DNA of 64,000 bases from Rickettsiales bacterium (GCA_044356525.1 JBIKVZ010000001.1:416562-480561), one strand, 5' to 3'. Counted from the first letter of the stretch, positions 9,735 through 20,695 are shown. Program-made: numbers and translations. Notes: a model not told the origin generated them from the sequence alone.

Positions 9735-10255
9735 GCCGTTTTCTGGCTCTGCGCTTTTTTCTGTAAATACAGCGTGGCAAAATCAATCGGCTCAAGCATC
9801 AAAGGGGCGAAGCCGCTGCTTTGTGTGCAGTCGGCTAAAATGCGGCGCGCGAATGGGAAGAGCAGGCTTGGGCAATATACCAGCAGCACACCCTCGAGTT
9901 CATTCTCCGGCACGCCGATCACGGTGAAGGTGCCGCCATAGCTGAGCTCAGCCAAAAAGCTGGTGTCGTTTTCCACCTGTGTTTTGGCAGAAATATTCAG
10001 CACCACTTCAAACAGACCCTTTTCCTTATTCAGGGCGCCTGCCTTCAGGTCCACGTTAATGTCTACCTTCGGGGGCTGGCCGCCGCCGGCCTGCACGAAC
10101 AGGCTGCCGGGGGCTTTCGGGTTCTCGAATGATAAATCTTTGATATACTGGGCATTTACCACGATGCGCGGCTGGGTTTTCTGCCCGCCCTGAGCGGCTG
10201 CTTTGGAAGCGCCTGCTGGTTTACCGCTGTTTTTGGTCTCTTTTTTATCTGCCAT
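9731..10255 (-). CDS. secB: protein-export chaperone SecB
   Basis: IVVNAQYIKDLSFENP and LLFPFARRILADCT motifs. Start trimmed to ATG at 10255 (MADKKETKN...), dropping the track's 22 extra codons. Confidence 0.85.
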   Translation of the reverse strand: MADKKETKNSGKPAGASKAAAQGGQKTQPRIVVNAQYIKDLSFENPKAPGSLFVQAGGGQPPKVDINVDLKAGALNKEKGLFEVVLNISAKTQVENDTSFLAELSYGGTFTVIGVPENELEGVLLVYCPSLLFPFARRILADCTQSSGFAPLMLEPIDFATLYLQKKAQSQKTA

Positions 10256-10479
10256 TTTTTTTCTCCGCCTGTTGTCAAAAGCACCTGTTTTTGTGCCGGA
10301 TAAGGCTTGCAAAAGCGCCATAATCCCGTATAAGAATGAATTCCCCGCGCCCTAGGTAGCACAGGCGGGGTGGCTTCCGCAAGAGCGAACATCAATTGGC
10401 AAGGGCTTGGCGCGGGCCGTTTTGAACATCAATTTTAACATCACCGGGATTCCCGGTTAGAACGCTTAAGGAGTTTTTC

Positions 10480-12795
10480 ATGGTACAAGCTTCAAATCTT
10501 GGCTTTCCGCGCATCGGTGCACAAAGGGAGCTTAAAAAAGCCACCGAGTCTTTCTGGAAAGGTCAGGTGAAGGAAAGCGATCTGCAAGCAGAAGCTCGCC
10601 GCATTCGCGCTGAAAACTGGAAGACCCAGAAAAATGCCGGCATTGCCGTGATTCCATCGAACGATTTTTCGTTCTATGACCAGGTGCTTGATACCATCTG
10701 CGCTGTGGGCGCGGTTCCTAGCCGCTACGGTTTTGCCGGCGGCCAGATTGACCTCGACACGTATTTCGCCATGGCCCGCGGTTCGCAGGGCAAAGGCCGC
10801 GACGTGGTGGCGATGGAAATGACCAAATGGTTCGACACGAACTACCACTACATCGTGCCGGAATTCAAAAAAGATATAAACTTCCGCCTTTCTTCTACCA
10901 AAGCGGTCGACGAATTCAAAGAAGCCAAAGCCCTTGGCATTGAAACGCGCCCGGTGATTGTTGGGCCTGTTACGCTACTGCTGATTGGCAAAGAGCGTGA
11001 TGGCGGCAATGCGCTAGCGCTGCTTGATAAACTGCTGCCGGTTTACGCCGAGCTGCTGAAAAACCTTGAATCGGCTGGCGCCAAAGCCTTGCAGATTGAC
11101 GAGCCTTACTTGGTGATGGATCTGCCCGAAGGTGCTGCAGCGGCCTACAAAAAAGCCTATGACACACTGGCGAAAGCCACGGGCCTTAAAATTACCATCG
11201 CGACCTATTTCGGCGATCTGCGCGACAACGTTACGCTCGCAGCCAACCTGCCAGTAGCAGGCCTGCATGTGGACTTGGTGCGTGGCGCAGAGCAGCTCGA
11301 TAAAGTGCTGGCCGCGCTGCCAAAGGGCAAAACCCTTTCGCTGGGTCTGATTGATGGCCGTAACATCTGGCGCGCAGATCTTGAAAAAGCTCTCGTGCTG
11401 GCAGAAAAAGCCGCAGCAAAAATCGGCAAAGAAAATGTGCAGATTGCGGGCTCATGTTCACTGCTGCACACGCCGGTGGATTTGAATGCAGAAAAGAAAT
11501 TGGATGCTGAGCTGAAGGGCTGGCTTTCTTTTGCCACGCAGAAACTATCTGAAATTGCTGCGCTCGCAACCGCACTTGAAAAAGGCAAAGATGCCGCGAA
11601 AGAGGCATTTGATGCGAGCAAGAAAGCGATTGATGGTCGTAAAAATTCCAAGCGCATTCACAATGACAGTGTGAAGCAGCTGGTGGCGAACATTTCTAAA
11701 GATCTGCTCAATCGCAAAAGCAGCTTCGGCCAGCGTGCGAAGGTTCAGCACAAAGCGCTGAACCTGCCGATTCTGCCGACGACCACGATTGGCTCCTTCC
11801 CGCAAACGGCGGAAGTACGTGCCGCGCGCGCGAAGTTCAAAAAAGGCGAACTCACCGCTGCGCAGTATGACCAGTTCTTGAAAGACGAAATCGAAAAATG
11901 CGTGAAGTTCCAAGAACAGATCGGCATCGACGTGCTGGTACATGGCGAGTTTGAACGTAACGACATGGTGGAATATTTCGGCGAACAGCTGAAGGGTTTT
12001 GCCTTCAGCGAAAACGGCTGGGTGCAGAGCTACGGCTCACGCTGCGTGAAGCCGCCGATTATTTTCGGTGACGTCTGGCGCGAAAAGCCGATGACTGTCG
12101 ACTGGGCGATTTTTGCACAGAGCAAAACGAAAAAAATCATGAAGGGCATGCTCACGGGTCCCGTGACTATTCTGCAATGGTCTTTCGTGCGTGACGACCA
12201 GCCTCGCCGCGACACGTGCCTGCAAATCGCGTTTGCGATTCGCAAGGAAGTCACAGACCTTGAAAAGGCCGGTATCAAAATCATCCAGATCGACGAAGCC
12301 GCGCTGCGCGAAGGCCTGCCGCTCCGTAAAACCGATTGGGATGCTTACCTGAAATGGGCAGTGGATGCGTTCCGTATTTCCGCATCGGATGTGCGCGACG
12401 ACACGCAGATTCACACCCATATGTGCTACTCCGAGTTCAACGACATCATCGGCGCCGTTGCGGCGATGGATGCCGACGTGATTTCCATCGAAACTTCCCG
12501 CTCCGCCATGGAGCTCTTGGAAGCCTTCGTGGACTTCAAGTACCCGAACGAAATCGGACCCGGCGTGTACGACATTCACAGCCCGCGCGTACCTGCCACG
12601 GCCGAGATGGAAAAGCTGCTGAACAAAGCGCTTGAAGTCTTAAAGCCGGAACAAGTGTGGGTGAACCCCGACTGCGGCCTTAAAACCCGTGGTTGGCCGG
12701 AAGTGACCGACGCACTGAAACACATGGTGGAAGCCACCGAAAAACTGCGTAAAGCCATTGGTGGCGGCACGCAGCAGGAACGTGCTTCTGCCTAA
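10480..12795 (+). CDS. metE: cobalamin-independent methionine synthase
   Basis: 771 aa, two Meth_synt halves. NLGFPRIGAQRELK N-terminus, HTHMCYSEF and NPDCGLKTR Zn-site contexts. RBS AAGGAG before the ATG. Confidence 0.93.
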   Translation: MVQASNLGFPRIGAQRELKKATESFWKGQVKESDLQAEARRIRAENWKTQKNAGIAVIPSNDFSFYDQVLDTICAVGAVPSRYGFAGGQIDLDTYFAMARGSQGKGRDVVAMEMTKWFDTNYHYIVPEFKKDINFRLSSTKAVDEFKEAKALGIETRPVIVGPVTLLLIGKERDGGNALALLDKLLPVYAELLKNLESAGAKALQIDEPYLVMDLPEGAAAAYKKAYDTLAKATGLKITIATYFGDLRDNVTLAANLPVAGLHVDLVRGAEQLDKVLAALPKGKTLSLGLIDGRNIWRADLEKALVLAEKAAAKIGKENVQIAGSCSLLHTPVDLNAEKKLDAELKGWLSFATQKLSEIAALATALEKGKDAAKEAFDASKKAIDGRKNSKRIHNDSVKQLVANISKDLLNRKSSFGQRAKVQHKALNLPILPTTTIGSFPQTAEVRAARAKFKKGELTAAQYDQFLKDEIEKCVKFQEQIGIDVLVHGEFERNDMVEYFGEQLKGFAFSENGWVQSYGSRCVKPPIIFGDVWREKPMTVDWAIFAQSKTKKIMKGMLTGPVTILQWSFVRDDQPRRDTCLQIAFAIRKEVTDLEKAGIKIIQIDEAALREGLPLRKTDWDAYLKWAVDAFRISASDVRDDTQIHTHMCYSEFNDIIGAVAAMDADVISIETSRSAMELLEAFVDFKYPNEIGPGVYDIHSPRVPATAEMEKLLNKALEVLKPEQVWVNPDCGLKTRGWPEVTDALKHMVEATEKLRKAIGGGTQQERASA

Positions 12796-12813
12796 GCGTT
12801 CAGGCATAGAATC

Positions 12814-12848
12814 AAAAAAGGCCACCTTCAAAAAAGGTGGCCTTTTTT
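12814..12848. terminator. bidirectional rho-independent terminator
   Basis: AAAAAAGGCCACCTT-caaaa-AAGGTGGCCTTTTTT between convergent metE and the 12868-13374 ORF. Confidence 0.8.
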
Positions 12849-12867
12849 ATGTCTGTTATTGGCGTAA

Positions 12868-13374
12868 TTAGCGTATGAGCTGCGAACCGCTTCCGCCGCT
12901 GTGGCCTTCGCTATTCTGCCTTAGGGCTTCGCGTGCGGTGCGTTGCTGTTCCATCAGCTCCTGGCGTGACCGTACGGTGCGGTCGCCGTCACGCCCGATA
13001 ATGCCTAACTGTGTGCCGTCTTTGGCAAGCGGCGGCGCATCTTCTGCCTCGCGCGCCGTTGCGGTAGGGGGTTTCTTGGGTTCAAACACATCGAAATAAT
13101 AGTCCATTAGTTTGTCGGGTACCTCGCAGGTTTGCTGCAAGTTATCCATCGCGGCGTTGATGCGGTAATCCAAATTGGCGCGCACCTCGGGATATTTCTG
13201 GGGTTTTGCTTCGTTGATGTCGCACAAATGGATAAAGCGGTCGACCGATTCAGCGGTAGGGTCTTTAATCAGACTATGCATGGATTCTGGCCACTCACTT
13301 GCCAATAGCGGTGTGAGCGGAGCCCCTGCAGCTTCCTGAAACATCAGTAATTTTGGCACGTTACCCATAGTCAC
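12868..13374 (-). CDS. hypothetical protein
   Basis: 168-aa track ORF bounded by a terminator and an intergenic gap. No recognisable motif. Confidence 0.5.
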   Translation of the reverse strand: MTMGNVPKLLMFQEAAGAPLTPLLASEWPESMHSLIKDPTAESVDRFIHLCDINEAKPQKYPEVRANLDYRINAAMDNLQQTCEVPDKLMDYYFDVFEPKKPPTATAREAEDAPPLAKDGTQLGIIGRDGDRTVRSRQELMEQQRTAREALRQNSEGHSGGSGSQLIR

Positions 13375-13502
13375 TCCTATGGCCGCTATTTTACCCCCAA
13401 AAGGGTTAATTTATGATTAATAGGCCGATTTTCTTTGCTTTCCCCACTGTTTTGGGCTATAAACCGCGCGCATACCAAGGCAATCAGCCTAAAAAACAGT
13501 AG

Positions 13503-14996
<1,494 letters not shown>

Positions 14997-15067
14997 AACG
15001 GCTTGCGCGGCTAGCGGTATTTTCTTATATTCACGCCTCAAATTTAACGAACATTGGGGTCGGATAC

Positions 15068-16282
15068 ATGCCAAATATTATCGAACAAGCAACGCGTGCA
15101 ACGCTGGGTCTGGATTTAACCGCTCCCTCCACGGTGGAAGAATACCTCGGTTCTATCCTGATAAGCGGCTTTCTTGTTTCAAACCGTATCATTGACGGCA
15201 CCTCCGGCAACGACATCATCCAGCCCACACTAACGACCACGAATTATATTTTCGGCTTCGGTGGTGACGACGTGCTTTATTCCACCACTGCATTAGGCCA
15301 GACCACGGCGGCGATTCTTTCCGGCGGCAATGGTGCGGACCGTTTTGTGTATGGCACCAATGCAGGCACGGCTCTGGTAGGCACTCTTTCCGGCAGCGTG
15401 CTTGATTTCAGTGTGTCCGATGGTGACGTGATTGATTTGCGCGGAACGGGCCTTGCATTCTCAGACCTTACCATCACCCAAAATGCCAACAACACCAGCG
15501 CGCAGGTGCAGGGCACCGGCATTAACATCGTGGTTTCCGGCACAGACGTTACGCTCACCAGCACTAACGTGCTCACCGATGGTGCAGGCAGCGGCGGCAC
15601 CACGGGCACTTCGGGCGCGGATAATCTTTCCGGCACTACGGGCGATGATGATATTTCCGGCGCGGAAGGCAACGACACCATCACCGCGTCCTCAGGTAAC
15701 GACGACGTAAACGGGAATGCAGGCGCAGATAGCGTCTCTGGCGGCGAAGGCAATGACACGGTGCAGGGCGGGCGCGATAACGACCCGTTCGTGCAGGGCA
15801 ATGCGGGTGCCGACAGCGTAAACGGCAACCTTGGTGACGACACGGTGTTTGGCGGTCAGGGTAACGACACCGCCCGTGGCGGCCAAGGCAACGATAGCGT
15901 GAATGGCAACTTCGGTGACGACACGGTGTATGGCGACTTAGGTGCGGATATTGTGCGCGGCGGTGGCGATAACGACACCATCAATGGCGGCGGCGGTAAC
16001 GACACGATTTACGGCGACCGTGGTAACCATACCCTCACGGGCGGCGAAGGCGCGGACGTATTTGTGTTTAATGCCAGCCATGGCACAGACGTAGTAACGG
16101 ATTTCACGTCCGGTAGCGACATCATCCAATTAGCCTCCGCGCTATTTGCCACGGCAGCGGATGCGGTTGCGGCGCTTACCTATAGCGGCGGGGATGCAAT
16201 CCTCACCACCAGCGGCGGCACCATCACCCTTGATAACATCACCGATGGCAGCCTCACGGCGGCGGACTTTAGCATCGCCTAA
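15068..16282 (+). CDS. RTX-type calcium-binding repeat protein (probable type I secretion substrate)
   Basis: More than ten tandem GGxGxDxxx nonapeptides (GNDTITASSGNDDVNGNAGADSVSGGEGNDTVQGG...). No signal peptide. C-terminal non-repeat tail. Confidence 0.85.
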   Translation: MPNIIEQATRATLGLDLTAPSTVEEYLGSILISGFLVSNRIIDGTSGNDIIQPTLTTTNYIFGFGGDDVLYSTTALGQTTAAILSGGNGADRFVYGTNAGTALVGTLSGSVLDFSVSDGDVIDLRGTGLAFSDLTITQNANNTSAQVQGTGINIVVSGTDVTLTSTNVLTDGAGSGGTTGTSGADNLSGTTGDDDISGAEGNDTITASSGNDDVNGNAGADSVSGGEGNDTVQGGRDNDPFVQGNAGADSVNGNLGDDTVFGGQGNDTARGGQGNDSVNGNFGDDTVYGDLGADIVRGGGDNDTINGGGGNDTIYGDRGNHTLTGGEGADVFVFNASHGTDVVTDFTSGSDIIQLASALFATAADAVAALTYSGGDAILTTSGGTITLDNITDGSLTAADFSIA

Positions 16283-16307
16283 ACACAACAAACCAGAGAG
16301 CAAAAAA

Positions 16308-16340
16308 GGTCGGGTGGCTAAAAACTCCCGACCTTTTTTA
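16308..16340 (+). terminator. rho-independent terminator after RTX gene
   Basis: GGTCGGG-tggctaaaaact-CCCGACC followed by a T run. Confidence 0.7.
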
Positions 16341-16438
16341 TGCTTGATTAACAGTGGCATATAATCGAAAGCGCCTGATTTAACGGTCTTTTAATCTTTC
16401 TGTGCCATACTGACTATCTGCAGGGATTAAGGGAGAAA

Positions 16439-17887
16439 ATGGAACCAAGTCTACAGCTACGCGCTGCGGTCTACGCGCCCCAAGATGTCGTTTATTTAAG
16501 AAATGACGGGCGTATTAGTTTTAGCCCCCGTGGCATCTATCGAGAAAAAAACTCACATGAATTTGTTATTTCACCGAGCGCGGACATTGCCTACTTAGGC
16601 AAAGAAGAATTCCACCCATCACGCAAAAAAGAAACCACCGAGAGGCTGATGCGGATTGCGGCTGAAAAGCTGCCCCACGCCGCAGGCTATGGATCAACAC
16701 TGGTTGATTATTTGGAGGGGCTAATGGAAATTGCCCTCGCGTCGAATATCCTAACCCGCACCGGTGAGCCTGCCGACCAAAAATTAATGTTGGGCCTCTT
16801 AAAGGGCACCACAAAGTTTGATGAGGTTCAGGCTCGTATTGCTGAATTAATGGAAAAAATTCCAGAAGCAGAGCGGCAGGCATTTCTTGAGCCGACAGAA
16901 AAATATGCACTAAACACGGCGGCAAAAGAATTGCATTGGCTGGGCTTTAGTACGGCTGATATTGAGCGTGTGTTACAAGAAGATTCAGAGAATAACGACG
17001 CTACGCGGGCGTTCTTTTCACAACAGTGCTCGAGTGGCTTAGGGGGGCTTGCCACTCAGCAGGTGGCAGCATCATTGTTTGATAAAGTGTCGGGCGCTGT
17101 TGGCCGTGAAATGGGCTTACATGCGCCGATTGCGTTTAGCTTTACTGTCGATAACATGGGCACCCACTCTACAAATGAGACCCATGCGCCGTGGAGCTTT
17201 CCCGCCAGCAATGCCGCGCGGGAAAAGTTGTTGAGCACGTTTGCGGCCTTTGACCCCGATACAAAAAAGCTGCTCGCACAGCCACTGCAGGACCCCAATT
17301 ACAAAGTATTTATGGTGCCTGACATGCACCTTGCCAGCGTGCTACCCCGATTTTTAGATGCAGCCCACGCCTGCCAAGGTGGCCATCATCCGGCGGAGAA
17401 AATAGTGTATGTGGCGACGGAAACGCCAACGCGGGAGAAGCGTAATTTCGACCGTAGTTTTGGCCGCCCGGCACCTTTTTTTGTCAAAGAATTTCAATAT
17501 GAATATATCCCGCACCCGCGTGCGGGTGACATCCGCCACACAACGGCAGAAGAACTAAGTCACGGCGCTATGCATATGGTGTTTGAAAATGCCGGATTTC
17601 CTTATAGCAAAAACGACCGTGCCGCGCGGGCTGGTATTGAAAAACTAGGCGCGCAACTGCAGCAGAACCCAGAGCTACAAGGCTTGCTTCAATATGGCCA
17701 CGGCTTCGATCACAAGGCATTGCTGCACCTTGAAATGCCTGTAAAGGCCCTTGCTTTCCGTGCCGTAGAGGGTGATGCGAAGCTGCGCCAAGCATGGCCA
17801 GAAATGGCAACATTTGTGGAGCGTTTCATGCTTGAGCACGCCAAGAAAATTATGCAGCAGCGCGAAGGCGGCACCGGCGTCGTGTAA
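16439..17887 (+). CDS. hypothetical protein (482 aa)
   Basis: Track ORF with RBS GGGAGAAAATG. No recognisable domain. Confidence 0.55.
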   Translation: MEPSLQLRAAVYAPQDVVYLRNDGRISFSPRGIYREKNSHEFVISPSADIAYLGKEEFHPSRKKETTERLMRIAAEKLPHAAGYGSTLVDYLEGLMEIALASNILTRTGEPADQKLMLGLLKGTTKFDEVQARIAELMEKIPEAERQAFLEPTEKYALNTAAKELHWLGFSTADIERVLQEDSENNDATRAFFSQQCSSGLGGLATQQVAASLFDKVSGAVGREMGLHAPIAFSFTVDNMGTHSTNETHAPWSFPASNAAREKLLSTFAAFDPDTKKLLAQPLQDPNYKVFMVPDMHLASVLPRFLDAAHACQGGHHPAEKIVYVATETPTREKRNFDRSFGRPAPFFVKEFQYEYIPHPRAGDIRHTTAEELSHGAMHMVFENAGFPYSKNDRAARAGIEKLGAQLQQNPELQGLLQYGHGFDHKALLHLEMPVKALAFRAVEGDAKLRQAWPEMATFVERFMLEHAKKIMQQREGGTGVV

Positions 17888-17974
17888 GGGGCGTGCCCCT
17901 GCCTTCGTTAGTAGACAAGCCCCGCCATTCCTGCTACATCAGGGCCATTCTTATGCGTTATACACCCATGGCAG

Positions 17975-18018
17975 GCTCGCGTGGCGGAATTGGTAGACGC
18001 AAGGGACTTAAAATCCGT
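17975..18018 (+). pseudogene. 5' half of an intronless tRNA-Leu(UAA) gene (truncated; no variable/T arm follows)
   Basis: GCTCGCGTGGCGGAATTGGTAGACGCAAGGGACTTAAAATCCGT gives acceptor 5' strand, D arm and anticodon loop CTTAAAA. The stem strand AGGGA does not pair with the following TCCGT. It does pair with TCCCT at 29651 and 31210. Confidence 0.75.
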
Positions 18019-18187
18019 GTTGGCTAACGGCACTGTTTTTAATCGGGCGTGAATTATAGTTGAATTATTGATGGTTAGCAAAAACGACAAAATGAGGTAA
18101 AACTGAAAAATGGAGGCGAAACATCACCGGAACATCACCAGATAGAAATTGGTGTTTATAGGAATGTGTAGTAATCCATAAAATTAA

Positions 18188-18495
18188 GCTCGCGTGGCGG
18201 AATTGGTAGACGCAACGGACTTAGGATATTGAGTGCTCTGGTGGAAATGCCAGAAGTAGAACTGCTCAAATTCGGGGAACGCTCTCAGGTAATGCTGGTG
18301 CCAATCCCGAGCCAAGCCTTGAGGAAACTCAAGGAAGGTGTAGAGACTAGACGGGCAGCACCTAAAACCGCAAGGTCATGGTGAAGGTATAGTCCAGACC
18401 CCAAACATCCTAACGGGTGGCGGCTAAAGCCGTGGTAGGTAAGAAAATCCGTCGGGGGTTTCCCCATACCGGTTCGATTCCGGTCGCGAGCACCA
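18188..18495 (+). tRNA. tRNA-Leu(UAA) interrupted by a group I intron (copy 1)
   Basis: Exon 1 is 18188-18222, exon 2 is 18444-18495. Joined, the exons fold as a class II cloverleaf: GCTCGCG/CGCGAGC acceptor, ACGGA-CTTAAAA-TCCGT anticodon arm, long variable arm, ACCGGTTCGATTCCGGT T arm and encoded CCA. Confidence 0.85.
18223..18443 (+). ncRNA. group I intron (IC3, Azoarcus/cyanobacterial tRNA-intron type), 221 nt
   Basis: Inserted after U34 (5' exon ends ...GGACTT) and ends in G before AAAATCC. The conserved core strings TCAAATTCGGGGAA, CCGAGCCAAGCC and GAAGGTGTAGAGACTAGACGGGCAGCACCTAAAACC match the catalytic core of known bacterial tRNA group I introns as I remember them. Confidence 0.85.
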
Positions 18496-18574
18496 AATTA
18501 TCTAAGTCAATGGCTTACCTAATAACAAAAAACTCTTCTTTTATAGCTAGATTGAACTTCCTGGTTTTTTGGTT

Positions 18575-19420
18575 CTAGCTCCGCTCAGGTTGTGTCGCCA
18601 AAAACTCTCTTACCTCAGCAAGTTTCCTGCGGCTCACAGGAATTGTTTTGTCCATCGACAACACCACACTGCTTTGACCGTTTTTCTCTTTAATGGACTC
18701 TATGTGCTTAGACGCCGCCCAATACGACCGATGCGTTAGAATTCCACTATACTCTGTTGGCAATTGAGCAATCGCGTCTTTTAGGTTATGCAACACCAGC
18801 GTTTCACCCCTCGATGTTACTACGCGCACATAATGCAACTCTGACATCATGTAGATAATATCAGTGCCAATTAGCTTGGCAAATTTAGTGATAAATTCGC
18901 CTTTGCTTTGTGAAGTTGGATCGGCTGGCTTATCAATGGTCACATCCGGCCGGGCTGTTTCATCGGGTTGAACCAAGGTGGTGCTTGAAAAATTAAGCTG
19001 CAAAATGCGCGGCGCATTCATTCCAGCCCATGTCAGTAAAACGGGTGCAAAAACACCGCCGATTTCCTCGAATATAATTTCTTGAGCTTGTGTAAAACTT
19101 TCAACCTGTGACCAATCATCCAGTCCCATCACATAATCAATGCCCAAGGAAAAAGGCAGAAAAACCAGACATCCAAGCAGTCCGGAGAGCAGAATCTTAA
19201 GCCAATCATTCAGCCGGTCAAAAAATGGGCTTTGTTGCAAGCCCACATGAAACAGAATGAGGCACGGCACTAGAAAACCGATTTGAAGTGTCCAGATGAG
19301 AAGCCGTATCAAAAAAGAGCTTCCTGACGTTCCGGCAGGTTCAAGAAAAGTAAATAGCAGGATCAGAATAACACTGAACCAGAAAAAGTATTTTTTCGTT
19401 GAAATATCATTGATTATCAT
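18575..19420 (-). CDS. membrane-anchored LytTR-domain DNA-binding protein
   Basis: 281 aa. N-terminal half has about 5 hydrophobic helices. The C-terminus ELHYVRVVTSRGETLVLHNLKDAIAQLP...THRSYWAASKHI is LytTR-like. Confidence 0.7.
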   Translation of the reverse strand: MIINDISTKKYFFWFSVILILLFTFLEPAGTSGSSFLIRLLIWTLQIGFLVPCLILFHVGLQQSPFFDRLNDWLKILLSGLLGCLVFLPFSLGIDYVMGLDDWSQVESFTQAQEIIFEEIGGVFAPVLLTWAGMNAPRILQLNFSSTTLVQPDETARPDVTIDKPADPTSQSKGEFITKFAKLIGTDIIYMMSELHYVRVVTSRGETLVLHNLKDAIAQLPTEYSGILTHRSYWAASKHIESIKEKNGQSSVVLSMDKTIPVSRRKLAEVREFLATQPERS

Positions 19421-19582
19421 TTGTCTAGCCGCTTATTCGTTGGTGCCTTTCGTGCATAAAACCTGCCGCCCGTGCATAGCCAGTTGATTCATATAAATCC
19501 AGCCAGTTACATGCGCGTGATTAGTTCGCAGTATTACCGCCAATGAATTTAATGCACAACCACTTACTATAGGAACATCACT

Positions 19583-20248
19583 ATGATAAAAAACATTTTT
19601 TTATTATTAATCGCAATGACATTTGCGACATCGCTTTCCAGCACCGCTTTTGCCAATGACAGTGGAAAATGGTACGGAAAACTCTACGGCGGTTCGTCTA
19701 TTTTAGGCGACCAGACGATTAAACAAACCGGTGTTGCCGCTGCGGGTGCTACTGGCAAAAATGACAATGATAGCGGTTTCCTTGCGGGCGGATCTGTTGG
19801 CTACCACTATAACAACAACCTTTCTGCTGAGCTGGCTTGGGATTATATCACGAACGATGCTACCAATAAATTCTCTGACGGCACAAACTTCAATGATGGC
19901 GATTTTTCATCCAGCATTTTCTTCCTGAATGGACGCTATACCTTCGATCCTGTCATGCAAACGAAATTTCGTCCTTATCTGGGTGCTGGTATCGGATACG
20001 TCCAAGAAATCGACATGGACTTAAATGCTGGCGGTGTGGAAACATCCTACAGCAAGAGTGGTGAATTGGCCTATCAGCTCATGGCAGGTGCGTCCTACGC
20101 GATGACTAACAGCATCGATCTAGATGCAGGCGTTCGTTACGTCCGCGTGGATAGCATCAATCTCAAACGTGAAGGTGGCACAGGCGAATTACGAAACGTG
20201 GATTATGATCCTTTGCTCTTCACCATCGGAGCGAGCTACAAGTTTTAG
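19583..20248 (+). CDS. outer-membrane beta-barrel protein (OmpA-like/OmpW-like porin family)
   Basis: Signal peptide MIKNIFLLLIAMTFATSLSSTAFA, alternating-hydrophobicity strands, C-terminal ...GASYKF. Confidence 0.7.
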   Translation: MIKNIFLLLIAMTFATSLSSTAFANDSGKWYGKLYGGSSILGDQTIKQTGVAAAGATGKNDNDSGFLAGGSVGYHYNNNLSAELAWDYITNDATNKFSDGTNFNDGDFSSSIFFLNGRYTFDPVMQTKFRPYLGAGIGYVQEIDMDLNAGGVETSYSKSGELAYQLMAGASYAMTNSIDLDAGVRYVRVDSINLKREGGTGELRNVDYDPLLFTIGASYKF

Positions 20249-20453
20249 ACACGATTTGAATCTTTGGGTGGGAAGTGTTTTGTGCATTGGCTTCCCACCC
20301 AATGGGCGAGCATAAGATTTTGCACAAACTAAAGTTTACGCTCAGCTTATCAGAATAACGCTGGGCACATGGCGCAAGAAAACCGAACCAGAAATACAAT
20401 CGACTGGCTATGTAGTTCATATAGGCACGATTGAAAAATCCTATGGCGATAGA

Positions 20454-20633
20454 ATGATTCTGCGCGATCAGACGGGCAAGCGCATTGGCACCATCGAAGA
20501 AAGTTATGGTGGCAGAAAAACAGTGCGCGATAATCATTACCGAACGCAATATCGCATTGAGCAAGGTTTTGGAGACAGGCTTATTATTCGAGACGCTACA
20601 GGCAAAAGAACTGGCAGTGTTGAATCCAGATAG
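20454..20633 (+). CDS. small repeat-containing ORF (59 aa), possibly a remnant of a longer gene
   Basis: Three repeats of about 20 aa, (S/G)(Y/F)G(D/G)R-x3-RD-x2-GKR-x-G. The same frame is open from 20316 without a start codon. Below the track's length cut-off. Confidence 0.3.
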   Translation: MILRDQTGKRIGTIEESYGGRKTVRDNHYRTQYRIEQGFGDRLIIRDATGKRTGSVESR

Positions 20634-20695
20634 TCACCTGTCAGAATCGGTCGCATGTTCCGATTCTGGATTTTTCACACGCCCGTTATTGTCGG

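Noticed and set aside
10322-10479. Cobalamin or SAM riboswitch upstream of metE
   Set aside because: I could not find a B12-box-like core or the SAM-II pseudoknot consensus by eye, and the leader is shorter than typical cobalamin riboswitches. It is kept only as an unclassified structured leader.
15560-16060. Periodic DNA repeats that might suggest a CRISPR or satellite array
   Set aside because: The periodicity is 27 nt, in frame, and encodes RTX GGxGxD nonapeptides. There are no spacer-like unique segments.
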